Source: Acidimicrobiia bacterium (GTDB taxonomy: Bacteria > Actinomycetota > Acidimicrobiia > Acidimicrobiales > Aldehydirespiratoraceae). Taken from it: a DNA stretch of 64,000 nucleotides. The stretch spans positions 6,504-70,503 of the forward strand of contig JAJEJB010000049.1 of the NCBI GenBank assembly GCA_022828135.1. The letters are read 5' to 3'. Of this stretch, positions 62,771 through 64,000 are shown one piece after another. The notes under the pieces were generated by a model that worked only from the letters and a program-made list of their open reading frames with translations, ran no database searches and was not told the origin of the DNA. How positions within the stretch are numbered: position 1 is the first letter of the stretch; every line of letters begins with the position of its first letter. The translations under genes were made by a program, and so were the position numbers.

Positions 62771-62820
62771 CAGGCACTGGTTGGCACATGTTGGCACACG
62801 TTGGCACTGGTTGGCACCCT
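62771..62820. repeat. tandem 10-bp repeat: TTGGCAC at exact 10-bp spacing x4, plus one degenerate copy
   Basis: TTGGCAC at 62781, 62791, 62801 and 62811; cAGGCAC at 62771; an inverted copy GTGCCAAC at 62740-62747. Confidence 0.85.
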
Positions 62821-62848
62821 CTCGGACACCCGCGTGCATGTACCTACC

Positions 62849-62938
62849 GGGCGCCTCGCGCGTGTATGGAAGATCGCAGACGCGTATGAACGCCGGGCCG
62901 ACCGCGACTTGGGCGCCTCGCGCCTGTATGGAGGATCG
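62849..62938. repeat. 28-bp direct repeat pair (2 mismatches), 62-bp period
   Basis: GGGCGCCTCGCGCGTGTATGGAAGATCG at 62849-62876 and GGGCGCCTCGCGCCTGTATGGAGGATCG at 62911-62938. Weaker CGCGTGxATG-like copies at about 62830 and 62881. Confidence 0.8.
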
Positions 62939-62952
62939 GTAGAGTCCCCAGG

Positions 62953-63669
62953 GTGCAGTCTGCGGAATGGCCGTTATCGGATCGGCGGCTTCTGGAGCTG
63001 GCGTGCGGCCGGATCCTCAGCGCGTCCCGGGCCATGGCGAGGGCCTACGATTTCGACGTCTCGCCCGGGCTCCACGACGAGCCTTGGACCGCGGCCTATC
63101 ACCGCGATGCTGTGGGCCTGTACGCCGAGGCGTTGCCGCCGTCCTATCAGGGTGACATCGAATCGCTGTTCCGGCACTGCGCCGAGTCGATGGACCAGGG
63201 CTCGATTCCCGCGTCGCTCGCCGGGGAGTGGGTGATCGTCAGGAGCTACCTCGCCAACGCCGCCGACTCGATTGCCGAGATGCTGGAGGGCGGCAACCTC
63301 CGCCGCCCCGAGCCGGCCAGCGGCGGCGGGATCGACACAAGCGAGGAGCCTCCGCCGGTGGTGCGATACGACCGGCTTGCGGCACTGACGACGCAAGCGG
63401 GCGCGCTCCGCTTGCAGTCGGCCGCCTCAGCGGTACAGACCCATGCGGCCGGCGGGCCGGGACCCGAACTCGATGACGACCAACTGCGTCTGCTCGAGGG
63501 TGTCTCGGCGGGTCTCTCCGTGTCGGACCTCGCCGCGCAGTTCGGGTACTCGCGGCGAAGCATCTTCCGAGAACTGTCCAGGCTCTGGGACGCGCTGGGC
63601 GTGCCCGACCGCGCCCACGGCCTGCACAAGGCCGAGGAGCAGGGCCTGCTTGAACAACGGCAAAACTGA
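62953..63669 (+). CDS. LuxR/GerE-type HTH transcriptional regulator with an uncharacterised N-domain
   Basis: C-terminal LSVSDLAAQFGYSRRSIFRELSRLWDALGV is GerE-like. GTG start. Confidence 0.65.
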   Translation: MQSAEWPLSDRRLLELACGRILSASRAMARAYDFDVSPGLHDEPWTAAYHRDAVGLYAEALPPSYQGDIESLFRHCAESMDQGSIPASLAGEWVIVRSYLANAADSIAEMLEGGNLRRPEPASGGGIDTSEEPPPVVRYDRLAALTTQAGALRLQSAASAVQTHAAGGPGPELDDDQLRLLEGVSAGLSVSDLAAQFGYSRRSIFRELSRLWDALGVPDRAHGLHKAEEQGLLEQRQN

Positions 63670-63750
63670 TTATGAACTCCAGTTATCTGTAGTGAAGCAA
63701 TATGTCTTCATATAGAATCATGCATTCAGTCAAGTATGCTTCAACCGGCA

Positions 63751-63808
63751 GTGGGGCGGTACCGGCGTTGGCAGACGCATCCCGCGAGGGGTGCCGGTGC
63801 CGCCCCAC
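63751..63808. terminator. GC-rich hairpin (16-bp stem, 1 mismatch, 26-nt loop) in an AT-rich convergent spacer; possible bidirectional terminator
   Basis: GTGGGGCGGTACCGGC ... GCCGGTGCCGCCCCAC. No clean U-tract follows, so the terminator call is tentative. Confidence 0.35.
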
Positions 63809-63864
63809 CCCCACCCCCACTCCCTGGTTCTGCATTTTCACTCTGTTTAGTGATTTTCTATATC

Positions 63865-64000
63865 TTATGCTGACTGTATGGATACGGCGATGCGGCGGTG
63901 GTCGCGCAGCATCTGCTCGGTGCCCGAGGCCCGCAGCTCGCCGTCTTCCACCACGAGCCGGCCGGCGACGATGGTGTGGTGCGCGGCGACCGGTCCGCAG
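63865..64000 (-). CDS. C-terminal end of an amidohydrolase-like protein (gene runs off the right edge)
   Basis: Reverse translation ...HHTIVAGRLVVEDGELRASGTEQMLRDHRRIAVSIQSA, with stop TAA at 63865-63867, resembles the C-terminus of deaminase/amidohydrolase-family enzymes. Only 45 codons are visible. Confidence 0.35.
   Translation of the reverse strand, partial: CGPVAAHHTIVAGRLVVEDGELRASGTEQMLRDHRRIAVSIQSA

Noticed and set aside
62771-62820. TTGGCAC repeats as sigma-54 (-24 TGGCAC) promoters, or as a mini-CRISPR array.
   Set aside because: No TTGC -12 element lies at the required spacing after any copy, and sigma-54 is generally absent from Actinomycetota. The units are 10 bp with no spacers, far too short for CRISPR.

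Overview
A 64 kb stretch of a high-GC, Actinomycetota-like chromosome (taxon is inference; no rRNA, tRNA or CRISPR array seen). Positions 1-48000 are densely packed catabolic and transport operons with many 4-nt start/stop overlaps: fbaB and korAB; a sugar ABC operon with a Gfo/Idh/MocA oxidoreductase; a LacI-controlled operon with a GH16 laminarinase lipoprotein, sugar ABC transporter, ManD-type dehydratase, SDR and a 1135-aa unknown protein; a peptide ABC operon; and many amino-acid or peptide-processing enzymes (two CocE/NonD hydrolases, an OSBS/N-acylamino-acid racemase, two PPOX-like proteins, two aminotransferases, an M20 peptidase, an Ntn hydrolase), plus a seven-gene operon ending in a fused 2-oxoacid dehydrogenase E1 alpha-beta preceded by a stand-alone lipoyl-domain protein. 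From about 48000 to 57600 the composition is visibly less GC-rich (by eye, not computed) and the content changes to a defence-island-like mosaic: two divergent HEPN-motif genes (an Abi_C-like gene frameshifted in a C-run, and a TIGR02391/Ymh-like gene), an IS630-family element with about 31-bp imperfect terminal inverted repeats, an overlapping two-gene cassette (calcineurin-like metallophosphoesterase with a helical C-terminus, plus an Hsp90/GHKL-type ATPase with a roughly 570-aa unknown extension), and a type II m5C restriction-modification pair whose nuclease carries an N-terminal HTH, with a perfect 24-bp palindrome between the two genes. The metallophosphoesterase + GHKL ATPase pair is my best candidate for an undescribed system; I cannot match it to any named defence system from memory. 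The right end (59300-64000) holds a lipoprotein of unknown function, a 5'-truncated S1 protease fragment, a secreted protein, a LuxR-type regulator preceded by phased tandem repeats, and an AT-rich convergent spacer with a GC hairpin and a G-quadruplex motif. All family calls come from reading motifs in the translations; no database search was run.
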